DNA from: Raja brachyura | Taxonomy: Eukaryota | Reading direction: 5' to 3' | NCBI GenBank assembly: GCA_963514005.1 | Contig: OY740786.1 | Coordinates: 34,286,001 to 34,350,000, forward strand | DNA: 64,000 nt | In this document: positions 1 to 13,505 of the stretch, piece by piece | How positions within the stretch are numbered: position 1 is the first letter of the stretch | Layout of the letters: each line of letters begins with the position of its first letter | Translations under genes and position numbers: made by a program | The notes under the pieces: model-generated | Seen by the model: only the letters and a program-made list of their open reading frames with translations | What the model was told of the DNA's origin: nothing | Database searches by the model: none

Positions 1-1268
1 ATTTACTGGACTTTATCTTGCACTAAATGTTATACCCTTTATCCTGTATCTGTAAACTGTGGACAGCTCGATTGCAATCGTGTATAGTCTTTCCACTGAC
101 TGGTTAGCACGCAACAAAAAACCTTTTCACTGTACCTTGGTACACGTGACAATAAACTAAACTAAACTAATTGAGGGTTAACCACTTCGCTGAGAATCAC
201 TTCCATCAGTGAATCAGAGGAGATTTTTATCACAAACTGATGATTTCATGATCACGATCACTGATATTATATTCCTGATTCATCAAATTGATCACATTAT
301 AATTTGTCATGTGGGATTTCAATTTATGTCTCCAGGTTATTTTTCCAGTTATTACTGGCTGCATGGTTCAAAGACATAAGCTTGATGCTAAAACACCCCC
401 AAAAAGCACACGTCCAGACATGGCTATATTTGATGAGGATTGGTCTGATGAGGGGTGTCAATCCAAAACGTTACCTATTCTTTTTCTGCAGAGATGCTGC
501 CTGACCCGCTGAGTCACTGCAGCATTGTGTGTTATCCTCGATGAGGATAAGTTGATTGAGTTCTAATGTCTAATGTTGATGGGCTTTTTGCAGCAAATTC
601 CTCAGTGGAAGATGAACAATTTAATGTGGGATTACAATGTCAGACTGGGACATTCCAATCAGCTATTGAGCACCACTAATTTGAGACATCATTGGACTGT
701 CATTATATACATGCTGATTAGTCAACTGCCTCCTTGTATTGTCTGTGGTTACATTTGGTTCAAGTAACTTATAAAATATGCAAACTGCAGCTATCATTTT
801 GCATAGTAAATACTATAAGTGTTGGATAAAGTATCTAATTTATGAATCAACCGTTTTACAATCCAATTTTATGTCTTAACAAAAATGCTGATTCAACAAT
901 ATTCCATTAAAAAAAAGGATTTGTTTCAAGTGTTTGTGATTTACATTCTTTGGTGATTGGATAAAACCCTAGCAACAGACTTGTGGTGAAATAAACAGTA
1001 TGTTCCACTGTGTGAAGCAATGGCTATGAATGACACACGTTAAATCTTTCACATAGACCTCTGTGCAGACAATAAGCTGAATTGAACCAAAACTAAATTT
1101 ATACTTTTCGGATTAGCTTCAGATGGGCCACATGCAAGGATCTAAGTATGTCTTCATTTGGAGAGGTTGTTAAACAACATACAACCCCAGGGTGGAAAAG
1201 GATAAAGAGTTGCAAATTGTTAAGCTTGTTTTTTTTTTATTAATTGTGCAGCTATTGGAAGCAATGCA

Positions 1269-1980
1269 GGGGAGGGGGAAGGGGGAGGGGGGTGGGGGAG
1301 GGGGTGGGGGAAGAGGAAGGGGGGGCTGGGGGAGGGGGAGGGGGAAGGGGGGGCTGGGGGAGGGGGAGGGGGAAGGGGGGGCTGGGGGAGGGGAAGGGGA
1401 ATTGAAGGGAGGGGGGGAGGAAGAATGGGGTGGGGTCTTGAGGGGGAAAGGGGAGGTGCAAGAGTACTGTTTATAGGATAGTTACCAAAAATTGGAGAAT
1501 TCAATGTTCATACCGTTGGGTGGTAAGCTACCCAAGCGGAATATATTGTGCTGTTCCTCCAGTTTGCATCTGGCCTCACTCTGTCAATGGTGGAGACCCA
1601 GCACAGAAAGGTCAGTATGGCAATGGGAAGGTGAGGTAAAATGGTTAGCAACCGGGAGATCCAGTGGGCCTTGGCGAATCGAGCTCAAGTGATCGTCAAA
1701 GTGGTTGCCGTGTCCACACTTTGTCTCGCCGATGTGTAAGAGGCAACATTGGCAGCATCAGATGCAGTATATGGGGTTTACAGGAGGTGCACGTGGACCT
1801 CTGTGAAACCTGGAAGGACTGCTGGGATCCTTAGATGAAGGTGAGGAGGAGGTAAAGGGACAGATGGAAGATCTCCAGCGGTTGGTGGGGAAATTACAGG
1901 GGGAAGGGTTGGTTTTGTGTGGAAAAGTACCCCTTGCCTACGTTCACCTACTATTGGCAATGCTCTGTCCTCCACCTTCT
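1269..1980 (-). mobile_element. Penelope-like element 3' fragment (GIY-YIG endonuclease) with G-rich tract
   Basis: The minus strand reads NPIYCI*C..C.LLHIGETK...DLPVANHF.SPSH.HTDLSVLG...KLEEQH.IFRLGSL.PNGMNIEFSNF. The low-complexity tract 1269-1455 lies 3' of it. Confidence 0.8.
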
Positions 1981-2555
1981 AGTTTCCAGCATTCCTCCCG
2001 GCCCTCGGCAATGTCTGAAGAAGGGTCCTGACTGGAAACGTCACTGATCCATGTTCACAGGAGATGCTGCCTAACCCACTGAGTTATTCCAGCATTTTGT
2101 GTCTTTCTTTGGTATAAGTCAGCATCTACAGTTCTTTATTATAACTATGTTGTTGGGTGGGTCAGCCTAAACACTCCAACAACATAGTCCTGTAACTGAG
2201 CAGTTTCAGCATTGAAGCTGTAACATCGCCTTTTGTTCGAGACCCAGTCCTAGGACATCAGCACCCATGAATGTCCTCTGGGAATTCAACATGGCAGCAG
2301 GATCTTAGATGCTGTAAAATCTGCACAAATACTGCAGCCTATACAAATAAATGGGAGAACTCAGCTGCTGGGAGGTAACCAAGTGAGGCTGCAAGTTGAT
2401 TTAATGTTGAAGTTAATGAAAATATTTTTACAGTCAAATTCCAATAACCTACTATTTGACATTTTGGAAATCCCGATAGTTTAGCTTCTGACTTTCCAGG
2501 CTATGATTTCCGCCCGCCTTTCTCTATATCGGGACACTGTTTCCTGAGAGCCTTA

Positions 2556-2834
2556 TGCCCCTGTTCCACTTAGGAAACCTGAACGGAAACCTCTGGAGGC
2601 TTTGCGCCCCACCCAAGGTTTCCATGCAGTTCCCGGAGGTTTTTGTCAGTCTCCCTAATGGTCGAAAGTGGTTTCAGCTTCTTCTATGTTCCAGCGATTA
2701 TTTCAAAAAATTAAAAAAACCTCCGGAAACCTGACAAAAACCTCCGGGAATCTCCGGGAATCGCACGGAAACCTTGGGTGGGGCGCAAAGTCCCCAGAGG
2801 TTTCCGTTCTGGTTTTGTAAGTGGGACAGGGGCA
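2556..2834. mobile_element. PIF/Harbinger-like MITE
   Basis: Long TIRs beginning TGCCCCTGT.CCACTTA; TTA TSD at 2553-55 and 2835-37. Confidence 0.8.
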
Positions 2835-3429
2835 TTATAAACAGAAGAAGGGTCTCGACCCGAAACGTCACCTATTCCTTTTCTCTAGAGATGCTGTCTG
2901 AACCGCTGAGTTGCTCCAGCTTTTTGTGTCTATCTTAGCCTTAGAAACTTGTCTGGTTCATCGGAAGCAAAATATTGTAATACTGAGAAACATCACAAAA
3001 TATGAATTAAACTGCTAAATGGAAACAACATCCAATAGTCCAGAAAATCTGCTAGTCTGGCACCATCATAGTACCATGTTTGCTGGATTATCAGAGCTAA
3101 AGTGTAATCATTTACTGGGATGTGCAATCTCTTCAGTCCACCGGCTTAAATTTTTTGCTCCATCCTCTTAGTCACTGCAGATATGAGATCACTCAAAGGG
3201 ATGGACTGCTATGTAACTAAATGTGTAATTTAAATTGACATCAGCATATGGACAGCAGCAGGTTTGACGATGGACTTCGACAGTGTACAGTAGAGCATAT
3301 TGACTGGTTGCATCACGGCCTGCTTTGGCAACTTGAGCCCATGAATGAAGGCGATTACAAAAAGGGCTGTACACTGCCCAGTTCATCACGGGTCCTGACC
3401 TCCCCACCATCAAAGGAATCTACAGCAGT

Positions 3430-3532
3430 GGGTTACACAAAAAGCTGGAGAAACTCAGCGGGTGCAGCTGCATCTAAGGAGCGAAGGAGATAGGCGACGT
3501 TTCGGGTTGAGACCCTTCTTCAGACTGGGTCT
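3430..3532 (-). mobile_element. Penelope-derived mini-element with hammerhead motif, inserted in an old LINE remnant
   Basis: 14-bp TSD GAATCTACAGCAGT at 3416-3429 and 3533-3546. Confidence 0.8.
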
Positions 3533-3944
3533 GAATCTACAGCAGTCACCGACTCAAAAAGGCAGCCAGCTTCATTAAGAACTCACATCACCCTGGCCAC
3601 ACTTTCATTTCACTCATGCCATCATGAAGAAGGTATAGGAGCCTGAAAACTGCAAGGTCCAGGTTCAGGAACAGCTTCTTCCCTGCAGCCATCAGGCTAT
3701 TGCACACTACAAATTTCAACTAAACCCTGAACAAAGAACTGCTTTGATTGCACTGGGGCTGTTTTTGTCTTTGCACGGTATGGTTTCCTTTTTTTTATAT
3801 CTTAAACTTATTTTTGTTGTTTATTATTATGTCTGCTGAGTACTCTCTTAACATATCTGTTTTGATGCTGCAAATAAGAATTTCATTTTTCCGTTTCAGG
3901 ACATATGATAATGAAACACTCGTGAGCCTCTACTGATTAAGTAA

Positions 3945-4375
3945 TTACAATAGGCCATTAGGAAGACAAATAGTATGTTAGCCTTTCTTAAAATAGGATT
4001 TGAGTACATATATATATACAGAGTAAATATATATTTTTACAATGCTATGCCTTGTTGAGATCACGTCTGCAGTACTATGTACAGCCATTGTCCCCATCAA
4101 AAACATATCCTTGTTACTGAGTGGGTGTTATGAATGTTCACTGGATTGATTCTTGGGATCGAGGCTGTGATAGTTGAGGAGAGATTGAGGAGCTTAAGCC
4201 TCTATTCTCCAACATTTGAAAGAATTAGGGGTGACCTCATTGAATCAAACACAATTCTTACAAGACTTGACAGAATTTATTTCTCCTGGTTGAAGAACCT
4301 AAAATTAGCTCTTTCTGTATTAAAATAAGGATAGGCCATTTAGGACTGAAAATGAAGACCAATATCTTCAGTCAG
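3945..4375 (+). mobile_element. Old CR1 fragment
   Basis: ERLRSLSLYS...RIRGDLIE motif. Confidence 0.65.
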
Positions 4376-5799
4376 AACATTGAATTGTACAATGGTGGTC
4401 ATAGAGTTGAGTTTAGTTTATTGTCACGTGTACCGAAGTACAGTGAAAAACATTTGTTGCATGCTAACCAGTCAGTGAAAAGACAATACGCGATTACAAT
4501 CCAGCCATCCACAGTGACAAGGGTGAATAACGTGAATAACGTTTAGTACAGGGTAAAGTCTGGTCAAAGATAGTCCATGAATCTCATACAGTGTGGAAAC
4601 AGGCCCTTTGGCCCACTTGCCCACGCTGACCAACATGCCCCATCTACACTAGTCCCACCTGCCTGCATTTGGCCCATATCTAAACCTGTTCATGTACATT
4701 CATGTACCTGTCCAAATGTCTCTTAATTGTTGCGATAGTACATGCAACAGTAGTCTCTGGAATATACTGCCCTTGAAGGTTGTGGATGCTCTGAGCTCAA
4801 GTTTAGTAGACTTTTTGGATATTGGTGGAAAGTGATATGGTGACAGGGCAGGAAATGTGTGTTGAGGTGCAAAAGCAGCCATGATCTTGTTGAACAGCAG
4901 AGCCACGAACCAAATGCCCCATACTTGCTCCTACATTATGTGTTCTTTTTTATTGCTCTGTCGCTTGTGGTCAGCAGAGATCAGGGGGTTTATCCAAACC
5001 ATCTCCTGGATCAATCGGAAAATCAGGAATCTATTTGCTCAAAAATAAAATGCAGCATGGTTGGCCTCTGTAAGTGCTTCTGTTTTCAAATTTTAGAGGT
5101 CAAGTTAACCCTAGAAATAGAACACGGCCTATTCCCTGTTGGAGCCATTTTGATGCATTTGATCTTTTACTTGCACTGGTTTTTTTACCTGTTTAAATCT
5201 AGTCTGAGCTTGTTATGTTACCCACATGGAGTTCCTATTTATTTAACTGGTGGAAGCCATGATGTGAGCTGTAATTATGGAATGCAAACCATTGAGGCAA
5301 ATTGGCATCAGGGAGCGTGTGTTTTTCTTTTACCCGGATGATTCTGCAAATGTGACATTTTCTCTCTTTGCAGGGTTTTTTTTTCACTCCAAGGGGATAT
5401 CCGTGCTCCTCCCTGGCTAATAATGGTTCTTAATTGATCTTTAAACAGCAACACATGCTCTGGCCTTCACTGATGGTCTCACACACCACAAGACATCAAC
5501 CAAGCTGGGCTCATTTAATTAGCTCAACCTCACATTCCTGCAGGTCACCCTTTCCTTCCTGTGCACAGAAAGAAATGCATTAGCCTTCAGCTGCTCTTGT
5601 TTCTGTTCCATTAAAGGAGCACTGTTATCCTGTTTTGGCTCTGTTAAGTCACAACTTTCATAAGTTCAGAAGTTATAGGAGCAGAATCAGGCCATTCGGC
5701 CCATCAAGTCTACTCCGCCATTCTTGATGGGCCGGTTGATCTATCTTTCCCTCTCAATCCCATTCTCCTGCCTTCTCCCCATAATCCCTGACACCCTTA

Positions 5800-7154
5800 A
5801 ACCCCTGTCTCACGGTGCGAGTTGGCCCACGAGTGACCCCGAGTTTTCACTCGTGGTGATCACGTACAGCCAACGTGGTGGGAACGTCGGAACTCGCGCG
5901 ATCAACTTGTCCACTCGTGGCGCTAACGGCAGGTACCTGTGAAACTTGTGAACTCGTGAAAAAAGTCAAACATGTTTGACTTTTTCCACGAGTCAAATTT
6001 CGTGGTCAAGTTTAAAATTGAAACATTTAAACTCAGAGTTATATCGTAGTGGCCCGTGCGTTAAGTTTAGTGATTCGTGCGTCTACCGTGGGAACTCTTT
6101 AATAGACACAAAATGCTGGAGTAACTCGCGGACCAGGCAGCATCTCTGGAGAGAGAGAATGGAGTCGAGACCCTTCTTCAGACTTACCCAAAACGCCACC
6201 CATTCCTTCTCTCCAGATATGCGGCCTGTCCCGCTGAGTTACTCCAGCATTTTGTGTCTATCTATACTTTAGTTTCGGATATGATCAAGTGTAAGAAACG
6301 CAAACCAGACTACCTTCACATCAGAGAATCCTAATGTTCCTAATTTGGCCGAGGCACTTCACTGTCCGTGTGTAGGAAGGAACTGCAGATGCTGGTTTAC
6401 ACCGACGATAGACACAAACATGCTGGAGTAACTCAGCGGGACAGGCATCGCATCTGGAGAGAAGGAATGGGTGATGTTTCGGGTCGGGACCCTTCTTCAG
6501 ACTCCCCGCTCATTCTTCCCTCGTCGATGTGAACTTGTGGGGATGCGAGGAATCGGGCGTTGCTGGGTATGGGGAAGAGAGGTTTTACTGCTGAATTATG
6601 CGCAACAGAAGCATGAAGTGGGGGTAATGTCCGTTTAAACTATCTTGTCGTCCCCCCCTCCCCCCCCCCCCAATGTTGGGAGAGAGAGGGAAGAGAGTTG
6701 TGCAAACAAACCACGGGAGACTGCATCTTTGGAGGGAAATCATAAAATGTATAGGGATGTTTCGGGCCGGGACCCTAAAGGTTGACTACCCGTTTCGCAG
6801 ATGCTGTTCCTAGCCCCCCTCTCACAACTCCCCACCCATAGTCTTTGCCTTCTCCCAATTCCACCATCCCTCGCCCTGTCCTCGCCTGAACTGCTGAAGA
6901 TAACCGAGTGCTTTAAATGCGAATCCCGGACTGCAGCAACAACACACGCCCTGAGCGGGAGAGGAACTTGGTAACTCAAGAGCAAACGGGAGGGGAACTT
7001 GTTAACTCTGGAGACGACCTCGGAACATCGCAGATTACCATACCCGTGGGAACTCGCCTCAAACACTTGCACATCAACTTGGAATATCGTACACAACCAC
7101 GAGTCTGTCACTCTGGGTCACTCGTGTGTCAACTCGCACCGTGAGACAGGGCCT
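5800..7154. mobile_element. PIF/Harbinger-like non-autonomous element with nested Penelope mini-elements, inserted in a CR1 tail
   Basis: TIR of about 40 bp (CCCTGTCTCACGGTGCGAGTTG..CACGAGTGACCC); TTA TSD at 5797-99 and 7155-57. The CR1 3' UTR is continuous across the insertion. Nested elements lie at about 6103-6262 and 6368-6505. Confidence 0.8.
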
Positions 7155-8504
7155 TTACTAATCCAGAATCTGTCAAGCTATGCCTTAAAAATACCTTCCT
7201 TTTCAACCTTCAGCTAAAGTTTGTTGAAGCTAACTAGCAGTTTATTCAGATTGTTTTTTCACACGCTATTTGTGCTATGGAAGGCTTTGTGGCTACCCTC
7301 ATCTGATATCCATGCACAGTTATAGTGGTTGTGGCCATTAAATAAGTAGTCAGGAGTCCTGGGCAATTTTCTGTCCTTTTTTCTCCAGGTACTGTAGCCA
7401 ACTGTAATGTGTATACCTCTATTGAGTCCTTCTTTATAATGAATCAAATCAGAGACATGGCTCTGGGGCAGATTTATACAGCAGCAGTGAAAAAGGAAGA
7501 TTTAGATATAAATAATGCCTTTCACAAAGGTTCCAAAGTGCTTTACAAGCAATGAATTACAGCTGAGATGCAGTTACTGTTGTAATATAGGAACTGGAGC
7601 AGTTATTTACACACAGCAAGCTCTCAGTGACTCCCATAATGGCATTGGCTAGGTAGTTTGTTATTTTTAACAGTGTTGTGGGTAAGTATTGAGCGGGACA
7701 GTACTGGAAAACTCTCCAGAACTACTTCAAAATGGGTCTTTTATATCCTGCTGGAGCATAAAATACAATCTTGCTTCAATCTCTTATCTGCACTTTGGCA
7801 CCACCATTAAAGTAGCTCAAGTCCCACGTGAGGGAGCTGAACCCTCAAACTTCTTATTCATAGGGATGCATGCCACCGGCTAAGCCAAGGGGAAGGACAG
7901 ACATCTCAGCAATGTGGGAGGTCTGAGGGTCCTGCCAACCTACACTGTTTGGCAACCCACCTGTCCATTCCCCACCAAAGATAGTGCATGGCTTGCCGAG
8001 TTCCCCACCAGTTGTTTCTGCCCATCTGCAGTCTCGTAAGTCACTTTTTGTTTGTTCTGTTCCCACTCGTGCTGAGTTTACTTTATTACCACGTGCAGTG
8101 AAAAGGTTTTGACGCGCGCTAACCCAGTCAGCGGAAAGACAGTACGTGATTACAATCGAGTCTTCCACAGTGTACTGATACATGATAAAGGGAATAACAT
8201 GAATAACGTTTAGTGCAAGATAAAGCCAGTAAAGTCCGATTACTTGGCGGCTGAACAAGTGTGAAGCTGGGGTGGGCAACCAGTGGAGGGTGGAGGGTGG
8301 GGGGCAAAAGTGTCCAGTGATCAGCATTTGGTGACAAAGTGGGGTGGGGCAGAGGGGCAGTGGTGGTAAGGTTTGACAATTGAGAAAGGGAAGGAAGGAT
8401 AGGATGAAAATTGGCAAATTGTACACGTTGATAGAGAATGGTTATGGTGCAGAGGTCACAATCAGCTGCAACAAAGACAGGTTTCCTTTAAGGTACAAGG
8501 ATGG

Positions 8505-9025
8505 CGATATGTGCAGTTTTGGTCTCCAAATTTGAGGAAGGCCATTCTTGCTATTGAGGGAGTGCAGCGCAGGTTCACAAGGTTAATTCCCGGGTTGGCA
8601 GGACTGTCATATGTTGATAGAATGGAGTGGCTGGGCTTGTATACTGTGGAATTTAGAAGAATGAGAGGGCATCTTATTGAAACATATAAGATTAATATGG
8701 GTTTGGACATGTTAGAGGCAGGAAACATGTTCCCGATGTTGGGGGAGTCCAGAACCAGGGCCCACAGTTTAAGAATAAGGGGTAAGCCATTTAGAATGGA
8801 GATGAGGAAAAAGCTCTTCACACAGAGGGTTGTGAATCTGTGGAATTCTCTGCCTCAGAAAGCAGTGGAGGGCAATTCTCTGGATGCTTTCAAGAGAGAG
8901 ATGAATAGAGCTCTTAAAGATAGTGGAACACGGTACTGATTGTGGATGATCAGCCTTGATCACAGTGAATGGCGGTGCTGGCTCGAAGGGCCGAACGGCC
9001 TACTCCTGCACCTATTGTCTATTGT
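8505..9025 (+). mobile_element. CR1 LINE 3' fragment
   Basis: VQFWSP...VQRRFTRLIPG...RRMRGHLIETYK...RVVNLWNSLP, plus a 3' UTR and (ctattgt)n tail. Confidence 0.85.
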
Positions 9026-12000
9026 CTACTCTTTTGATCCTTGTAATGCATAAGAATAACATACAAAATGTACAAATGAGTAGTAACAGGTCCACTGAGC
9101 CAGCGCTGCCATTTAATAAGATCATGGGTGATCTGATTGAAACCACAGCCCTATTCCTGTCTAGTGGGCAGGTACTATCGACCTGCACGGGAAGGCAGAT
9201 GCTCCCGTCACCACGAGTCTCGGGCAGATGGGGCTCGTCAGCCTGGGAAGGCAGTACATCTAGGAGAGGGAAAACTCTGATTTAAAATCTCCACTGCCTT
9301 GTGGCCATATCCAGTCATGGAAAAGGCTCCAGGAGTAAATCTCAAGAAAATCCACAGTCGGAGCCCCTAAGGCAGTTTGTCGTTGTCTGCAACCTCGCTC
9401 TGGCAGCTCCTGCGGCGACGCTGGTGCCAAATTGTAACGGCCCTGCTGTTCCTTTGGATCGATCAGCGACGTGGAGAGGGGGGACGTGCTGCATGGGCAA
9501 CAGCCTGTCCTCCATATCGGTCATGGTGGCACAACGGTAGAGTTGCTGCCTTACAGCAAAATGCAGCGCCAGAGACCCAGGATCGATCCCGACTACGGGT
9601 GCTGTCTGTATGGAGTTTGTACGTTCTCCCCGTGATCTGCGTGGGTTTTCTCCGAGATCCTCGGTTTCCTCCCACACTCCAAAGACGTACAGGTTTGTAG
9701 GTTAATTGGCTTGATAAAAATGTAAAATTGTCCAAGTTGGCGATATGCAGAGTACTTCTCTGCCGACGACAAAATTCAGAAGGTTCAGAAGGTACGACAT
9801 CGCCCAGGCTCGAATCCGACCAGGATGCATCATCCACAGTCAGTCATTACCGAGGCGGTGCCTAATAAGATTCCTGTCTACCCCACTAACCTCTCAGTTG
9901 TTTGCTTTTTAAATATCTATCCATCTAAGCGTTAAAAATGTTTAAAGATTCTGCTTCTGCCAATCTTTCAGAAGAAAGATCTGACCTCACAACCAGTTGC
10001 GAGAGGTAAAATGAATCACCTCTATCTTAAGTGTGTGGCGACTTACTTTTAAACAGTGACCCTTAATTCTTGATTCTCCAGCAAGAGGAAACAAACTCTT
10101 TACATCTGCCCTGCTAGGTCCCCTCATGGGATTTGTTTCAATCATGTCATACCTCAAATTTTCTAAACTCTGGCAGGTACAAGTCCGACCTGGCATCTCC
10201 TCAAAAGATAACCTCCCATTCTAGGTATCAGTCTAAACAAGAAGGCAAGGAGAAAAACGGACGGGCAAAGCCATTGAATGGAAAAGAAGTAGCTGCTGAT
10301 TTTATACTGCACTCTTCACCATGGCTCAGGAAGCATATGATTGAGATCACAGCACATTACTGGTCATGTAATTGACGACATTCTTCAATTAAATTGAAAC
10401 AAAACCATTCTCATTTAAATTCATTTTGTCACAAAATGCTTCTGAGATAATGGACTTGCCTCCATCATCGTTCATTAAGGCAGATTTACATGAATAAGCA
10501 GAAGACTAGTTCACAGATATTCCAATGGCTTGCTTGAAAATCCACCATTCTTGTGGCTTGGGAGATCTTACAAACCTCTTCATTGATAATGATCTGACAC
10601 ATAAACTATCACACATATTATATACAAAATGGACTACATTTATTTTTTGTCTGCACCGTCTACTTTTTTCTGCAGGAATTGCAATTGATTTCAACATAAA
10701 GAATATCAATAAAAGAACTAGGAATATCACCCAATTTAAAATAATTTTTCATGCCCTTATTTACAACTTTAACCTCCTCCAGTCCTTTAACTCTAAGATA
10801 TAAAAGCAGTCACCCTGTTCTTTCGTTTTATGATCCAACATTAGAGGCCATGCCTTTAACTACCAAGACCCTGAGTTCTGGACGACAAACTTAGGAACTG
10901 GGAGCAGGACAATTACCCTCAAGCCAGCCTGCCCAGTCAGTAAGGTCATGGATTATCTGATTGCAGTTACATTCCTGACTGCCCTTGGTAACCTTTCACT
11001 CTCCCACCCCCAACACTCTCTTGCTTATCCATTGTCTACCTACCTCCGCCATAAATGATTCAAGGACTCTGCTTACATTGTCCACCTCTCTACTTTACAT
11101 TTATCCATTTAGACTCACCATACACACCTCTCTCTCATCACCTTTCCAAAGATTTCATGACATAGAACAATGAAACTACTGTGAAGTACTTTGAGTTAAA
11201 GAAGGAACTGCAGATGCTGGAGAATCGAGGGTTACACAAAAAGCTGCAAAAACTCAGCGGGTGCAACAACATCTAAGGAGCGAAGGAGCAAAGTACTTTG
11301 AGATCTATGGCAGTATGAAAGGCCTCTGCAACTTTTGTAGTTAATACCACAATTAGTGTTATGGCAGGTGGTGCAGCGTTAGGGTTGCTGCCTAACAGCA
11401 CCAGAGACTCGGGTTCAATTCTGACTACAGGTGTTGTCGGTATGTAGTTTGTATATTCTCCGTGTGACCTGTGTGGGTTTTCTCCAGGATCTCTGGTTTC
11501 CTCCCACACCCTAAAGACGTACAAGTTTGTTGGTTAATTAGCTTGGTATAATTGTAAATTGCCCCTAGTGTGTGTAGGATAGTGTTCGGGTGCTGAGTTT
11601 GCTGGTCGGCACGGACTCGGTGGGCCGAAGGGCCTGTTTCTGCGCTATATCTCCAAACTAAAGTTCAAAGCAAAAATGACTTACTTATTGCAGGAATACA
11701 GCAATATTCTACACTACTGGTCCATGATCTTTCCACTTCATTACAACAATGGAACACTGCTGAAATGCATCTTGTGTGATGGTACTAAGATTGGAGCAGG
11801 CTTTAATGTTTAATGAGGTATACATCCACAAAGGTGTTTAGTGTCAGTGATCCAATAACCCCAGGAGAGCTGTTCCACATTGGGATTGTAATCATCTGTA
11901 AATACTGAACACCCTCATTGCAAAGAACTACAGGATGGGTAAAGGACTACAGGGTGGGTAATGGTGTCCGTTATTGCTGATTTTCCACGAGAAGCGAGTA

Positions 12001-12945
12001 AGATATTATCATTGTATTAGTAGAAACAACCATCTGCAGTTGATAGGAAATACATAAAAGGGCACAAAGTGCTGGAGTAAATCGCCAGGATAGGCATCAT
12101 CTCTGGAGATCATAGATAGGTACAGGAATACAGTTTTGAAACAGGACCTTCGGCCCGCCAAGTCCACGCCGACCAATGATCACCCATACTCTAGTTCTAT
12201 CCTATACATTAGTTACAATTTATAAAAGTCAATTAACCTACAAACCTGCACGTCTTTGGAATGTAGGAAGAAACAGGAGCATCCAGAGAAAGCCCATGCA
12301 GTCCCAGGGAGAACGCACTAACTCCGTACATACAGCACCCATAGTCAGGATCGAACTCAGGTCTCTGGTGCTGTAAGTCAGCAAGTCTACCACTGCGGCG
12401 CTGTACCACCCCATGCAAGACAACAGCAACAAATCCCAACTTAGATAGCACAGCAAGTACATCTCAACAATCGGAACAGGGAATTACCAAACAAATAAAC
12501 TGAGGTAGTACCACACCATGAGACATCAGAGCTGATAACCAAAGGGTGCATCTTATGCTTAGGTTTACAGAACTGCCTTAAAGGAGGAAGAATGAAAAGA
12601 GTTGCAAATAGCTTCAGGGAGAGTACCCCAAGTTTCTTGATTAGTACGGGTGTCACGGGTTATGGTAAGAAGGCAGGAGAATGGGGTTAGGAGGGAGAGA
12701 TAGATCAGCCGTGATTGAATGGCAGAGTAGACTTGATGGGCCGCATGGCCTAATTCTGCTCCAATCACTTATGATCTCAAGAGTTGAAGGTAGGGTTACC
12801 AACGGTGGGGGGAATTAAGTCAGGCACAGATATCCCCAAGGGTACAGTGCTGGTTTCAGAGAGAGGCAGCAATGAGACCATCTGATGATTTGAAAATATG
12901 AAAAAGTCCAGGGACTGTTTAATGTAGGAAATTAGTTAATGGGAC

Positions 12946-13505
12946 GTGTAGGAAGGAATTGCAGATGCTGGATTAAACCGAAGGTAGACACAAAAAGCTG
13001 GAGTAACTTAGCGGGACAGGCAGCATCTCCGGAGAGAAGGAATGGGTGACGTATCAGGTCGCGACCCTTCTTCAGAATGGTTCGGGATAAGGGAAACGAG
13101 AGATATAGACGATGATGTGGAGAGATAAAGAACAATGAATAAAAGATATGCAAAAAAGTAACGATGATAAAGGAAACTGGCCATTGTTAATTGTTTGTTG
13201 GGTGAAAACGAGAGGCTAGTATGACTTGGGTAGGGGAGGGATAGAGAGAGAGGGAATGCAGGGGGTACCTGAAGTTAGAGAAATCAATGTTCATACCACT
13301 GGGCTGGAAGCTGCTCAAGCGAAATATGAGATGCTGTTCCTGCAATTTGCATTTAGCCTCATTCTGACAATGGAGGAGACCTAGGACAGAAAGGTCTGTG
13401 TAGGAATGGGAAGGTGTGACCGACAACCGGGAGATCAGGTACGTTCAGGTGAGGTGGGCGAAGGTGTTCCGCGAAACGATCGGCCAGTCTACGTTTGGTG
13501 ACGTG
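12946..13505 (-). mobile_element. Penelope-like element 3' end: GIY-YIG C-terminus plus pLTR with hammerhead motif
   Basis: HSYTDLSVLGLLHCQNEAKCKLQEQHLIFRLSSFQPSGMNIDFSNFR, followed by a UTR containing CTGAAGAAGGGTCGCGACCTGATACGTC (minus strand, about 13047-13074). Confidence 0.85.

Noticed and set aside
1192-1504. Gly-rich and Pro-rich ORFs
   Set aside because: They are translations of a low-complexity G tract.
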